Both the position numbers and the translations under genes were made by a program. This document shows, piece after piece, positions 19,268-27,767 of a stretch of 64,000 nt of DNA. Each line of letters begins with the position of its first letter. The first letter of the stretch is position 1. Source of the DNA: Acidobacteriota bacterium (lineage in GTDB: Bacteria; Acidobacteriota; UBA6911; RPQK01; JAJDTT01); NCBI GenBank assembly GCA_965209055.1, contig OZ242374.1, forward strand, positions 1,856,001-1,920,000, in the 5' to 3' direction. Under the pieces are notes generated by a model that saw only the letters and a list, made by a program, of their open reading frames with translations, was not told the origin of the DNA and made no database searches.

Positions 19268-20507
19268 CCGGTTCGGACGTGGAAGGCCCGCTCCAGAGGG
19301 TTGAGCGGATCGCTCGAACCGGGACCCGGTCGACAATCGAGGCGCCCACGATTGAAGCCACCCGCTTCCGAAAAGGCACCGCGTCGCCGCGCCCGTTCGG
19401 GTGCAGGCGGCTGGTCAGAATCACCACCAGGGTCTCCGTGTAGGGGTCGATCCAGAGGGAGGTCCCGGTGAACCCGCTGTGGCCGAAGGACCCCACCGGG
19501 AAGAGGTCTCCGCGAGGGGCGTGGTACCGGCTGTGGATGTCGAATCCAAGGCCCCGGAGCACCGGCTTCCCGGTTGGGGACTGGGGCGTGGTCATCTGCA
19601 GGACCCCCAGCGGCGAGAGAATCCGCCTGCCGTCGTAGACGCCCCCGTTGAGGATCATCTGTCCGAACCGGGCCACGTCGTCGGCGGTGGAAAAGGCCCC
19701 GGCGTGTCCGGCGCATCCTCCCATTCGCGCCGCGGTGGGGTCATGAACCCTCCCCTGAAGCATCCTTCCTTCATGCCGTTCCGTGGGAGCGATCCTGGAC
19801 TTCATCCGCTCCCTTGGATTGAAGAAGGTGTCCGTCATGCCCAGGGGCTCGAAGACCCGTTTCCGCGAGAAGGCGTCCAGATGGTCGCCCGAGAGGACTC
19901 TCACCAGCTCGCCGAGAACCACGTAGTTGATGTCGCTATACCTGAAACGGGTTCCGGGCCGGGTCGCCAATTGCTCCCGGCAGGCCCGGGCGACGGCCGC
20001 CTCGTAGCCTCTCCACTTGGCCTTCAGGGACAGACTGGGGCGCAGTCCCGAATAGTGGGTCAGGAGCTGCCGCACGGTGATCCGGTGCTTGCCGTACTGG
20101 GAGAACCGGTTGAGATGCTTGGAGACCGCGTCGGAAAGAGCGAGGCGCCCCTCCTCCACCAGGATCATGACGGCCACGGCCGTGGGCATGATCTTGGTCA
20201 GGGAGGCCAGGTCGAAGATGGTGTCCACTTCCATGGGCGAGCGGCTGGGGGAGACGGTCCGGTCGCCGAAGGCCTTGCGGTAGACGATGCCCCCTTTACG
20301 GGCCACGATAATGACGGCGCCCGGAAACTGCTTCTTTTCGATGTGCTCCAGCGTGATCGCGTCCAGCTTTTCCAGTCTCTGCGGGGAGATGCCCACTTCC
20401 CGGGGATCGACCGGTCTCAACAGGAGCTCGCCGTAAACGGGGTTCGGCGCCGCACCGGCCAGTGCAAGAAACATGAAAACGGCAATGAGGCGGGAGTATC
20501 GGGGCAT
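19251..20507 (-). CDS. serine hydrolase (beta-lactamase class C/esterase family), exported
   Basis: Signal peptide MPRYSRLIAVFMFLALAGA; FDLASLTK (SxxK), LLTHYSGL, YSDINY, GHSGFTG. Confidence 0.88.
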   Translation of the reverse strand: MPRYSRLIAVFMFLALAGAAPNPVYGELLLRPVDPREVGISPQRLEKLDAITLEHIEKKQFPGAVIIVARKGGIVYRKAFGDRTVSPSRSPMEVDTIFDLASLTKIMPTAVAVMILVEEGRLALSDAVSKHLNRFSQYGKHRITVRQLLTHYSGLRPSLSLKAKWRGYEAAVARACREQLATRPGTRFRYSDINYVVLGELVRVLSGDHLDAFSRKRVFEPLGMTDTFFNPRERMKSRIAPTERHEGRMLQGRVHDPTAARMGGCAGHAGAFSTADDVARFGQMILNGGVYDGRRILSPLGVLQMTTPQSPTGKPVLRGLGFDIHSRYHAPRGDLFPVGSFGHSGFTGTSLWIDPYTETLVVILTSRLHPNGRGDAVPFRKRVASIVGASIVDRVPVRAIRSTLWSGPSTSEPVKRTR

Positions 20508-20552
20508 CAATCGGTGCAATACTCTACCAGCCGGTGGTGATAGTTCCGGAGC

Positions 20553-20659
20553 GGAGCGGCGGTTTTCATACCGCCGATGGGGAGTGGCGACTTTCCTGTC
20601 GCCGGTTGGAGCGGCGGTTTTCCGACCGCCGATGGGGAACGGCGACATTCCTGTCGCCG
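20553..20659 (+). repeat. tandem array of four GGAG-hairpin REP-like elements (A-B-A-B)
   Basis: Units start at 20553, 20581, 20608 and 20636; stems alternate CGGCGGT/ACCGCCG and GGCGAC/GTCGCC. Confidence 0.82.
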
Positions 20660-20721
20660 GGTTGGGCGGAGCGCGGCATTTGATAAAGGTGGTGGTCTCT
20701 CCCATGGTTGCCGACCCGAAG

Positions 20722-21345
20722 ATGAGCCGACCGACCGATCCGGAACTGCCCGAGGGACCCCTGGACGGCGAGGGATTCATCCTCGCCGGCGGGAAGAGCG
20801 GGCGGCTGGGGCGTGACAAGGCTTTTCTGCGCTATCGCGGATCACCCTTGATCGAGCTTGCCCGGCGGTGCCTGGTGTCGGCGGGCCTGTCCGTCACCGT
20901 CGTCGCCGACTCCCGTGAGCGGTTTCGGAGCCTGGGCCTGCCCGTGGTGGTCGACCGGGTTTCGGGAGCGGGTCCCCTGGGGGCGGTGTTCACCGCACTG
21001 ACTGCCTCCCGTTCGCAGGACAATTACTTCATTCCCTGCGACACCCCCCTGGTTGCCCCCCGGCTCTACCGGATTCTGGCCCGGGCCGGCCGCGATTTCG
21101 ACGTGGTGGTTCCCCGCGACGCGGCAGGCGGGCTCCATCCCCTTTGCGCCTACTACTCCCGCACTGCCGCGGACCCGATTCGAAGACTCCTGGAGACCGG
21201 AGCCCGCCGGGTCGACTCGGTGTTGGAAGCGGAGGACCTGCGGGTTCACGTCCTGCCGGCCGTCGAATGGAAACTGCCGGACGAGGGTTTTCTCAACGTT
21301 AACACCCCCGCTGACTGGGAACTCCTTCAACGGAAAATGGATTGA
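20722..21345 (+). CDS. mobA: molybdenum cofactor guanylyltransferase
   Basis: ILAGGKSGRLGRDKA, GPLGAV, PCDTP, HPLCAYY, NVNTPAD. Confidence 0.9.
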   Translation: MSRPTDPELPEGPLDGEGFILAGGKSGRLGRDKAFLRYRGSPLIELARRCLVSAGLSVTVVADSRERFRSLGLPVVVDRVSGAGPLGAVFTALTASRSQDNYFIPCDTPLVAPRLYRILARAGRDFDVVVPRDAAGGLHPLCAYYSRTAADPIRRLLETGARRVDSVLEAEDLRVHVLPAVEWKLPDEGFLNVNTPADWELLQRKMD

Positions 21346-21366
21346 GTTCGTTGTAGTAGACAGGCC

Positions 21367-21615
21367 GTGGCGGATTTCGGCGTTGATTGTCAGTCGCGGC
21401 CGAACCATGGAGTTGACGAATTGAGGGAGAACCCTTCGGGCTTGTTCATCATTGCCTTCGTGATCACCGGGATTTTCCTGTTGGTCCTGGTGGCGCTGAT
21501 CTATTTCCTGTTCACCGGGCAGAACGAGGAGGCCAAGAGTGTTCTCAGCCCTTTCCTGGTAGTATTGATTTTCATCGTCTGGAGAATGACGTCCCGTCTG
21601 GGAGCGAAGAGATGA
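21367..21615 (+). CDS. small hypothetical membrane protein (2 TM)
   Basis: Two hydrophobic stretches; alternative TTG start at 21421 preceded by GGAG; stop overlaps the next ATG. Confidence 0.5.
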   Translation: MADFGVDCQSRPNHGVDELRENPSGLFIIAFVITGIFLLVLVALIYFLFTGQNEEAKSVLSPFLVVLIFIVWRMTSRLGAKR

Positions 21616-21764
21616 TCAATGACATCCTGATCGGAATTGCTTGGTTCGGAGCCCTGTTGGCCGCCGGCGTCGGCGGATATTGCACGGAAAAATACCTCCA
21701 ACTGACGAAGAAGCCGGGCTCGGTGGCCAGCTCCGGGAACGGGTCGACTCAAGAAAAGTCATAG
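21612..21764 (+). CDS. 50-aa single-TM protein (below ORF-track cutoff)
   Basis: Manual translation MINDILIGIAWFGALLAAGVGGYCTEKYLQLTKKPGSVASSGNGSTQEKS*; ATGA coupling to the previous ORF. Confidence 0.45.
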   Translation: MINDILIGIAWFGALLAAGVGGYCTEKYLQLTKKPGSVASSGNGSTQEKS

Positions 21765-21770
21765 TCCCCA

Positions 21771-21848
21771 GGAGGGGGGACATTCTTGTCCCGCAGTCTT
21801 TCGTGTCCCAACGTGAATGGGAATCCAGCGGCTGGAAACCGCCGCTCC
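21771..21848. repeat. inverted pair of GGAG-hairpin elements (REPIN-like)
   Basis: Plus copy GGAGGGGGGACATTCTTGTCCCGC at 21771; minus copy GGAGCGGCGGTTTCCAGCCGCTG at 21826-21848. Confidence 0.68.
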
Positions 21849-21866
21849 GCCCGGAGGGATCCCTCC

Positions 21867-22484
21867 TCAGATCAGCTTCCGCTCCTCACAATAGGCTCCG
21901 ATCTCCGCCAAACTGAACAGCGCGTAGATGGGAATCCCCAGGTCGGCCAGCGCATCGACGCCCCCCTGCTCCCGGTCGACGCAGACCACGATGCGTCCCA
22001 CCGGGATCTCCAATTCCTCGAGGCGTGTCACCGCCCGCCGCAGGCTGCCCCCGGACGCCACGACGTCGTCGATCAGATTGGCTTCCCGGCTCGGGTCCGG
22101 CCTGCCCACGAATTCGGAGACGATCTCGCCGGGATAGACTCGCGCCTCCTTCCGCAACACCGAGAGGGTGATGAAGGGTTCCCGGCTTTTCCGGAAGCTG
22201 GCCAGGGATGCCGCCGCGGCGAGAGGGATGCCGGTGTCCGGGACTCCGATCACCTGTTGGGGCGTCTTCGGCGTCGACCACCTTTCCGCGATCTCGGCGA
22301 AACTGGACCCGAGGAGGGAAAACAGCGCCAGATCGGTGTAGACGGCGGTTCGAAGATCGATGAAGACGGGAGTCCGCAGGCCGTAGCGGCGCCGCACCTC
22401 GGCTCCCAGCAAGATGGCCCCGGCGTCGACCAACCCCTCCAGCAGATCCCGCTTGCCGGAAAAGGAGAGGATCGTCGCTTTCAA
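21867..22484 (-). CDS. pyrE: orotate phosphoribosyltransferase
   Basis: TPVFIDLR, GVPDTGIPLA, RKEAR, LIDDVVASGGS PRPP-binding loop, VDREQGG. Confidence 0.78.
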   Translation of the reverse strand: MKATILSFSGKRDLLEGLVDAGAILLGAEVRRRYGLRTPVFIDLRTAVYTDLALFSLLGSSFAEIAERWSTPKTPQQVIGVPDTGIPLAAAASLASFRKSREPFITLSVLRKEARVYPGEIVSEFVGRPDPSREANLIDDVVASGGSLRRAVTRLEELEIPVGRIVVCVDREQGGVDALADLGIPIYALFSLAEIGAYCEERKLI

Positions 22485-22536
22485 CTTTCACCTCGCGAAG
22501 AGTGATTTCCGCTCCGACGTCCTCCCCCGAAGTTCG

Positions 22537-23739
22537 TTACGGAGCCTCGTGGGCCGTCATCATGATCTCCACCAGGGCATCGGGAGACATGAGCACCGAG
22601 CCGAAGGTGGCCCGGGCCGGGGGCGCTCCGGGGAAGACCGTCTTGTAGACCTGGTTCATCTGGCCGTAGTAGCGGATGTCGGACAGATAGACGTTGGCCT
22701 CCACCACGTGGCCGAACTCCAGGCCCGCCCGGGTCAGGACCGCGCGGAGATTCTCCAGGGTCTGACGGGTCTGGGCTTCGATCCCCTCGGCCCAGCCGGT
22801 CTTTCCCCGGCCCACCATGCCGGCCAGGTAGAGCCGGCCGCCGGCTCGGATTCCCGGGGAGTAGGGACTGGCCGGAAGCGGTTCGCCCGCCGGGGCCACC
22901 ACCTCGCGGGAGCCTCCCCGCACGGCGACGCACTGGATCTCCACCTTCCAATCCTGGTGCATGAGCCTGGTCTGGCTGGTGGCCCGGGCCGGGGGATCCT
23001 TGGGGAAGAAGGAACGGTAGACGCGGTTCATTTCGGCAAAATCGCGGGAATCGGCCAGGAAGACCTTGGAGGAGACCACATCCCCGTAGTCCATGCCGGC
23101 TTCCCGCAGGATGGCCCCGACGTTCTCCAGCACCGTGCGTGTCTGGGCCGCGGTATCGCCGGACCTGGAGTGCCCGGTGACGGGATCGCTGCTGATGATT
23201 CCCGAGACGAACAGGGTGTCGCCGGCCAGCACTCCCCAACTGGACGGGGAGCCGGGACGCTTCCAGCCGCCCGGCGTGACGATGGTCTTCCCCCGTTCGG
23301 GCCGTGCGGCCACCAGGGCGATCTCCACCACCGCTTCGGGAAAGACGATGGCCCCTTCCACCGTGGCCCGCGCCGGCGGATTTTCGCGAAAATATTCCCG
23401 GTAGACTTCGTTGAACGGGCGGAAAAGACGGGTGTCCGAGAGGAAGACGTTGGCGCTCACCACGTCGGCGAACCCCATGCCCGCCGCCTTCAGGACGGTT
23501 CGCAGATTCTCCAGGGTCTGGCGGGTCTGAACCCGGATATCCCCTTTGACCTCCCGGGTCCCCGGCGTATTCCCCAGGGCGCCGGACAGATAGAGAAATC
23601 CGTCCGCCTCGACGGCCGGACTGAAGGGCAGCCCCATCCCCGTTCCCGGAGGAGCCACGACCTTGTGCCGGTCGGCCGGCAGGGCCAACGAAACCGTCAG
23701 GATGGAGACTGAACACGCGATGGAAAGACCTCGTCTCAT
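22537..23739 (-). CDS. protein with three tandem RidA (YjgF/YER057c/UK114) domains and a putative signal peptide
   Basis: Three repeats of S..(G.TL/FL)Y.SG..QTR.TLEN...L..AG....VV...V.L.D...F...N.VY...F...PPARAT...VEI; N-terminus MRRGLSIACSVSILTVSLA. Confidence 0.88.
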   Translation of the reverse strand: MRRGLSIACSVSILTVSLALPADRHKVVAPPGTGMGLPFSPAVEADGFLYLSGALGNTPGTREVKGDIRVQTRQTLENLRTVLKAAGMGFADVVSANVFLSDTRLFRPFNEVYREYFRENPPARATVEGAIVFPEAVVEIALVAARPERGKTIVTPGGWKRPGSPSSWGVLAGDTLFVSGIISSDPVTGHSRSGDTAAQTRTVLENVGAILREAGMDYGDVVSSKVFLADSRDFAEMNRVYRSFFPKDPPARATSQTRLMHQDWKVEIQCVAVRGGSREVVAPAGEPLPASPYSPGIRAGGRLYLAGMVGRGKTGWAEGIEAQTRQTLENLRAVLTRAGLEFGHVVEANVYLSDIRYYGQMNQVYKTVFPGAPPARATFGSVLMSPDALVEIMMTAHEAP

Positions 23740-23815
23740 GCCGCGTAATCCTATCGGCTGAGAATCTCCCGGAAAAGTCCCCAATTCCGGGAAGCACTCC
23801 TGTATTCTGCCCGTC

Positions 23816-25045
23816 ATGCTCCGGCGCTACCTCCGGACGGTCCCCTACCGCAGCCGTCCCGCCCTCTACTACGAGAGCCTCTACAGCATCGGCCGGGGGG
23901 CCTTCGTGGCCCTGCTGCCGCTGAGCTGGGTCGTGCTCAAGACCGTCCTGGACGGGGAACTCTGGCAGTTGACGGTCTTGGGATGCATCTGGGGTTTGTC
24001 GGGGCTGCTGGCTCCCGGATGGGCCTACCTGGGCCGCCTGGCCGGTCTCCAGCGCCTGGTGGTCTGGCCCAACATGGCCGGGGGTCTGGCTCTGGCCGGC
24101 GTCGCGCTGGTATCCGGCGCCAACGCTTTCGTCCTCCTGGTGAGTCTGGCCTATCTGCTTGCCGTACCGACTCGTCTCACGGAGATGAGCCTCTATCGGA
24201 TCTTCTATCCGGACTCCCACCGGTCCCTGGCCGTGGGGTGGCTCAAGGGCATCGCGTTCGTCACGGGCGCATTGGCCACTCTGGCCGGAACCTGGCTCAT
24301 CGATGCCGGAGACGCCCTCTACGGGATCGTCTACGTCGTGGTGGGCGTGCTCCTGATCGGCTCCGCCTGGTGTTACGGACGGATCCGGATCCCGGCCCGC
24401 GTGGAGTCTCTGTCCGACGGTTCCATCCGTTACGCCGCGGCGTTGAGGGAAGGACTCAAAGCCCTGCTCGCCGACCGGAGCTTCCTTCTGTACCAGGGGG
24501 CCTTCTTCTCCACCGGTTGGGGCAACTTCATGTCCATGGTGCTGGTGGCCGAGGTGATGAGGGAGTCCCTCGACGCTCCGGTATGGGCCATGGGCCTGGC
24601 CGTGGCGATCCTGCCGCAGGTGCTCCAGCCCATCTCCTCGCCCCTCTGGGGCCGGTTCCTGGACCGGGTGAATCCCATGCAGGGACGCGCCGTCTTCAGT
24701 TTCTTCATGGCCTCCGTCAACGCGCTCTACTGTTACGGAGGGCTCCAACTGCTGGTCTGGCCCTTCCTGGCGGGCAGCCTGATCCAGGGCCTGACCAACA
24801 GCGGCAACCAGATCGTCTGGACCACCGGTTCTCTCTACTTCGCCCGTCCCCGGCAGGTCGTGCTCTACAACACCGTCCACGTGGCCCTGACCGGCTTCCG
24901 GGGCCTTGCGGCGCCCCTGGTGGGAGCCTGGCTCTTCAGCCGGACCGGCCTCGGCTCCTGGGTCTTCGGCATCTCGTCGATCCTGGGCGTCCTGGGCCTG
25001 ATCTCCATGATCTGGCTCCACCTGAAAGAGAGAGACGCCAATTAG
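23816..25045 (+). CDS. MFS transporter
   Basis: 409 aa with about 12 hydrophobic helices; WGRFLDR loop motif. Confidence 0.78.
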   Translation: MLRRYLRTVPYRSRPALYYESLYSIGRGAFVALLPLSWVVLKTVLDGELWQLTVLGCIWGLSGLLAPGWAYLGRLAGLQRLVVWPNMAGGLALAGVALVSGANAFVLLVSLAYLLAVPTRLTEMSLYRIFYPDSHRSLAVGWLKGIAFVTGALATLAGTWLIDAGDALYGIVYVVVGVLLIGSAWCYGRIRIPARVESLSDGSIRYAAALREGLKALLADRSFLLYQGAFFSTGWGNFMSMVLVAEVMRESLDAPVWAMGLAVAILPQVLQPISSPLWGRFLDRVNPMQGRAVFSFFMASVNALYCYGGLQLLVWPFLAGSLIQGLTNSGNQIVWTTGSLYFARPRQVVLYNTVHVALTGFRGLAAPLVGAWLFSRTGLGSWVFGISSILGVLGLISMIWLHLKERDAN

Positions 25046-25046
25046 C

Positions 25047-25069
25047 GGAGCGGCGGTTTCCAACCGCCG
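25047..25069 (+). repeat. GGAG-hairpin REP-like element
   Basis: GGAG CGGCGGT TTCCA ACCGCCG, 1 nt after the MFS stop codon. Confidence 0.75.
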
Positions 25070-25113
25070 ACTCCCCCGCTGAATCCCACCACGACCTGAT
25101 AGTAAACTGACCC

Positions 25114-27522
25114 ATGAACATGCACCCCTCCCGTCCCGACAGAACGGTCCCCACCCGTCTCCCGGCCCTTCTGATCGCGTGCTGCCTGACGGCGCTCTCC
25201 GGAGCCTGCAATTCCCCCGGCCACGCCCAGAAACCCGCCGGCCCCGTCACCTTCAACCGGGACATCGCCCCCATCGTCTACAAGCGTTGCGCTCCCTGCC
25301 ACCGTCCGGGGCAGGTGGCCCCCTTCAGCCTCCTGAGCTACGAGGACGTCAAGTCGCGGGCGAGCCAGATCGAGGTGGTCACCCGGACCCGCTACATGCC
25401 TCCCTGGCTGCCCGAGTCGGGAAAAGGCCGCTTCGTCGGGAACCGGCGCCTCACCGTCCGGGAGCTGGAGCTGCTCCAGGAATGGCTCCAGGGAGACCTG
25501 CCTCAAGGGGACCCGGCGAACCTTCCCCCTCCCCCCGAATGGCCCCAGGGCTGGCAGTTGGGCGAGCCCGACCTGGTCATCCGGATGCCGCGGACCTACA
25601 CCCTCCCGGCCGACGGACCCGACGTGGTCCGCAACTTCGTGATCCCCAGCCCCGTCGACCGCACCCGCTACGTGAGAGGCGTGGAATTCCGGCCCGGCAA
25701 CGCCCCCATCGTCCACCACGTGGTGATTCTGGTGGACACCACCGGGACCTCCCGCGCCCACGAGGCCAAAGACCCGGAGGCGGGCTACGACGGCATGCTC
25801 TACAACCAGGCCACGAGTCCCGGCGGCCACTTCGAGGGCTGGACGCCGGGCAAGAGCCCCTTTCTGCGGCCCGCGGACATGGCGTGGCGCCTCGACCCCG
25901 GCACGGACGTGGTCTTCCAGCTCCACATGCTGCCCACCGGAAAACCGGAGCCGATTCAATCCTCCCTGGGACTCTTCTTCGCCCGGAAGCCGCCGACCAA
26001 GACGCCCTACATGCTCCGCCTGGGCTCCAAGGTGATCGACATCGAGGCCGGGGAGGCCGACTACAAGATCCGCGACACCTACCGCCTCCCCGTGGATACT
26101 CGGCTCCTGAGCGTCTATCCTCACGCCCACTACCTGGCCCGGGAAATGAAGGGCACCGCCCGGCTGCCCGACGGACGGCTCCGGTGGCTGGTCCATATCC
26201 GGGACTGGGACTTCAACTGGCAGGACGAGTACCGCTACTCTTCCCCCATCTCGTTGCCCGCCGGCACCACCCTGGAGATGGAGTACACCTACGACAACTC
26301 GGCGGAAAACCTGCGAAATCCTCACAGTCCTCCCGAGAGAGTCGTCTACGGGCCCCAATCCTCGGACGAGATGGGGGACCTCTGGTTTCAGGTTTTGGCC
26401 GCCGACGGGAAGGGCTTGGACCGGCTGGTCCGGGACCACGCCCACCGGGAGTTGCTGGCCGACGTGGAGGGCTATCGGAAGCTGGTTCGGGACCATCCCG
26501 AGGACCCCCACTTTCGCGACACGCTGGCCCATCGCTACATCCGGCTCGGGGAAGTCACCAGGGCCATCGGGGAGTGGAAGGAGGCCATCCGCCTGAGCCC
26601 CGAGTTCTGGGGCTACTATTTCAACCTGGGCCACGCCCTCGATCAGATGAAACGGCCGGCCGAAGCCGTGACCTGGTACCGGAAGACGCTGGAGCTGAAG
26701 CCGCGGCAGGTCCGGGCCCACAACAACCTGGCCGTGGCTCTTCAATCCACGGGCAGGCGGCCGGAGGCGATCCGGCATTTCCGGCGGGCGGTCGGGATCG
26801 ATCCCGATTCCATGGAGTCGCACCGGAACCTGGCCGCCGCACTGGCGGAGGAGGGGAACTTCAGGGATGCGGCGATCCACTTTCGCCGGGCTCTGGAGAC
26901 GGGCCCCCCGTCGGTGGAGGTCCACACCGGCCTGGGGCGCGCCCTGGCGGGCCAGAATCGAATGCCGGAGGCGGTCGAGCAGTTCAGGAACGCCCTGCGG
27001 CTCGACGCGAACAGCTTCGACGCCCACAACAATCTGGGGAACCTGCTGGCGGCCGGGGGACGCATGGAGGAGGCCCTGGAGCATTTCCGCAAGGCGGTGG
27101 AGTTGCAGCCGGACTCGGTGGAAGCCCTGGGCAACCTGGGCCTGGCCCTCCGGATGACCGGACGCTTCAATGAGGCCGGCCGCTACCTGGAGGAGGCGGC
27201 CCGCCGCCAGCCCGGATGGCCCGCTCCCCAGGCCGCCTTGGCCTGGATCCTCGCCACCCACCCCGACCCCGCCCGGCGCCGGCCTCAGGACGCGGTCCAA
27301 CTGGGCCGCAGGGTCGTCCGGATGACCCGGGAGCAGGATCCTCGAATGCTGGATGTCCTGGCGGCAGCCTACGCCGCCGCGGGGGAGTTCGATCAAGCCG
27401 TCGCCACGGCCCAAAAGGCGATCCGGCTGGCCGCCACCCGTCCCGGGAACCCGCTGGGACGGTTGCTGCAGGAGCGCCTGATGCTCTACCGTCAGCGCCG
27501 CGCCTACGTCGAAGGTGAATGA
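25114..27522 (+). CDS. lipoprotein: heme-c motif + copper type II (PHM/DBH-like) monooxygenase domains + TPR array
   Basis: Lipobox-like LSGAC; CAPCH..MPPW; IVHHV, QLHM, YPHAHY, DWDFNWQ and DEMG motifs; C-terminal half is TPRs (AHNNLA, SHRNLA, AHNNLG, ALGNLG). Confidence 0.82.
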   Translation: MNMHPSRPDRTVPTRLPALLIACCLTALSGACNSPGHAQKPAGPVTFNRDIAPIVYKRCAPCHRPGQVAPFSLLSYEDVKSRASQIEVVTRTRYMPPWLPESGKGRFVGNRRLTVRELELLQEWLQGDLPQGDPANLPPPPEWPQGWQLGEPDLVIRMPRTYTLPADGPDVVRNFVIPSPVDRTRYVRGVEFRPGNAPIVHHVVILVDTTGTSRAHEAKDPEAGYDGMLYNQATSPGGHFEGWTPGKSPFLRPADMAWRLDPGTDVVFQLHMLPTGKPEPIQSSLGLFFARKPPTKTPYMLRLGSKVIDIEAGEADYKIRDTYRLPVDTRLLSVYPHAHYLAREMKGTARLPDGRLRWLVHIRDWDFNWQDEYRYSSPISLPAGTTLEMEYTYDNSAENLRNPHSPPERVVYGPQSSDEMGDLWFQVLAADGKGLDRLVRDHAHRELLADVEGYRKLVRDHPEDPHFRDTLAHRYIRLGEVTRAIGEWKEAIRLSPEFWGYYFNLGHALDQMKRPAEAVTWYRKTLELKPRQVRAHNNLAVALQSTGRRPEAIRHFRRAVGIDPDSMESHRNLAAALAEEGNFRDAAIHFRRALETGPPSVEVHTGLGRALAGQNRMPEAVEQFRNALRLDANSFDAHNNLGNLLAAGGRMEEALEHFRKAVELQPDSVEALGNLGLALRMTGRFNEAGRYLEEAARRQPGWPAPQAALAWILATHPDPARRRPQDAVQLGRRVVRMTREQDPRMLDVLAAAYAAAGEFDQAVATAQKAIRLAATRPGNPLGRLLQERLMLYRQRRAYVEGE

Positions 27523-27638
27523 AGCGGAAAGAGTAAATCCAAGGGCGGCGGAAAAGGCAGCGAAAAGCGATCCCAACGATCTTTTCGAGGCCGGCCGAGC
27601 CAATCTGGCGCAGTCCTAAGTTTTTTCTTCTGAATTGT

Positions 27639-27667
27639 TTGACTCTCCGAATCGGGTCCTGTAAAAA
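27639..27667 (+). promoter_or_regulatory. putative sigma70 promoter of TonB receptor 1
   Basis: TTGACT-N17-TAAAAA; an equivalent element precedes the paralog. Confidence 0.45.
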
Positions 27668-27767
27668 GACCCCAACAACGACGCTCACCATACGTCTTTT
27701 TCATTGCGAACGGTCGAGACGGCCGGAAGTTCGTAACCGTTCTCGACCTTCCAGGAGGGAACAACTC

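Noticed and set aside
20553-20659. Possible mini CRISPR array
   Set aside because: Units are adjacent with no unique spacers, belong to the dispersed hairpin family, and no cas genes are present.
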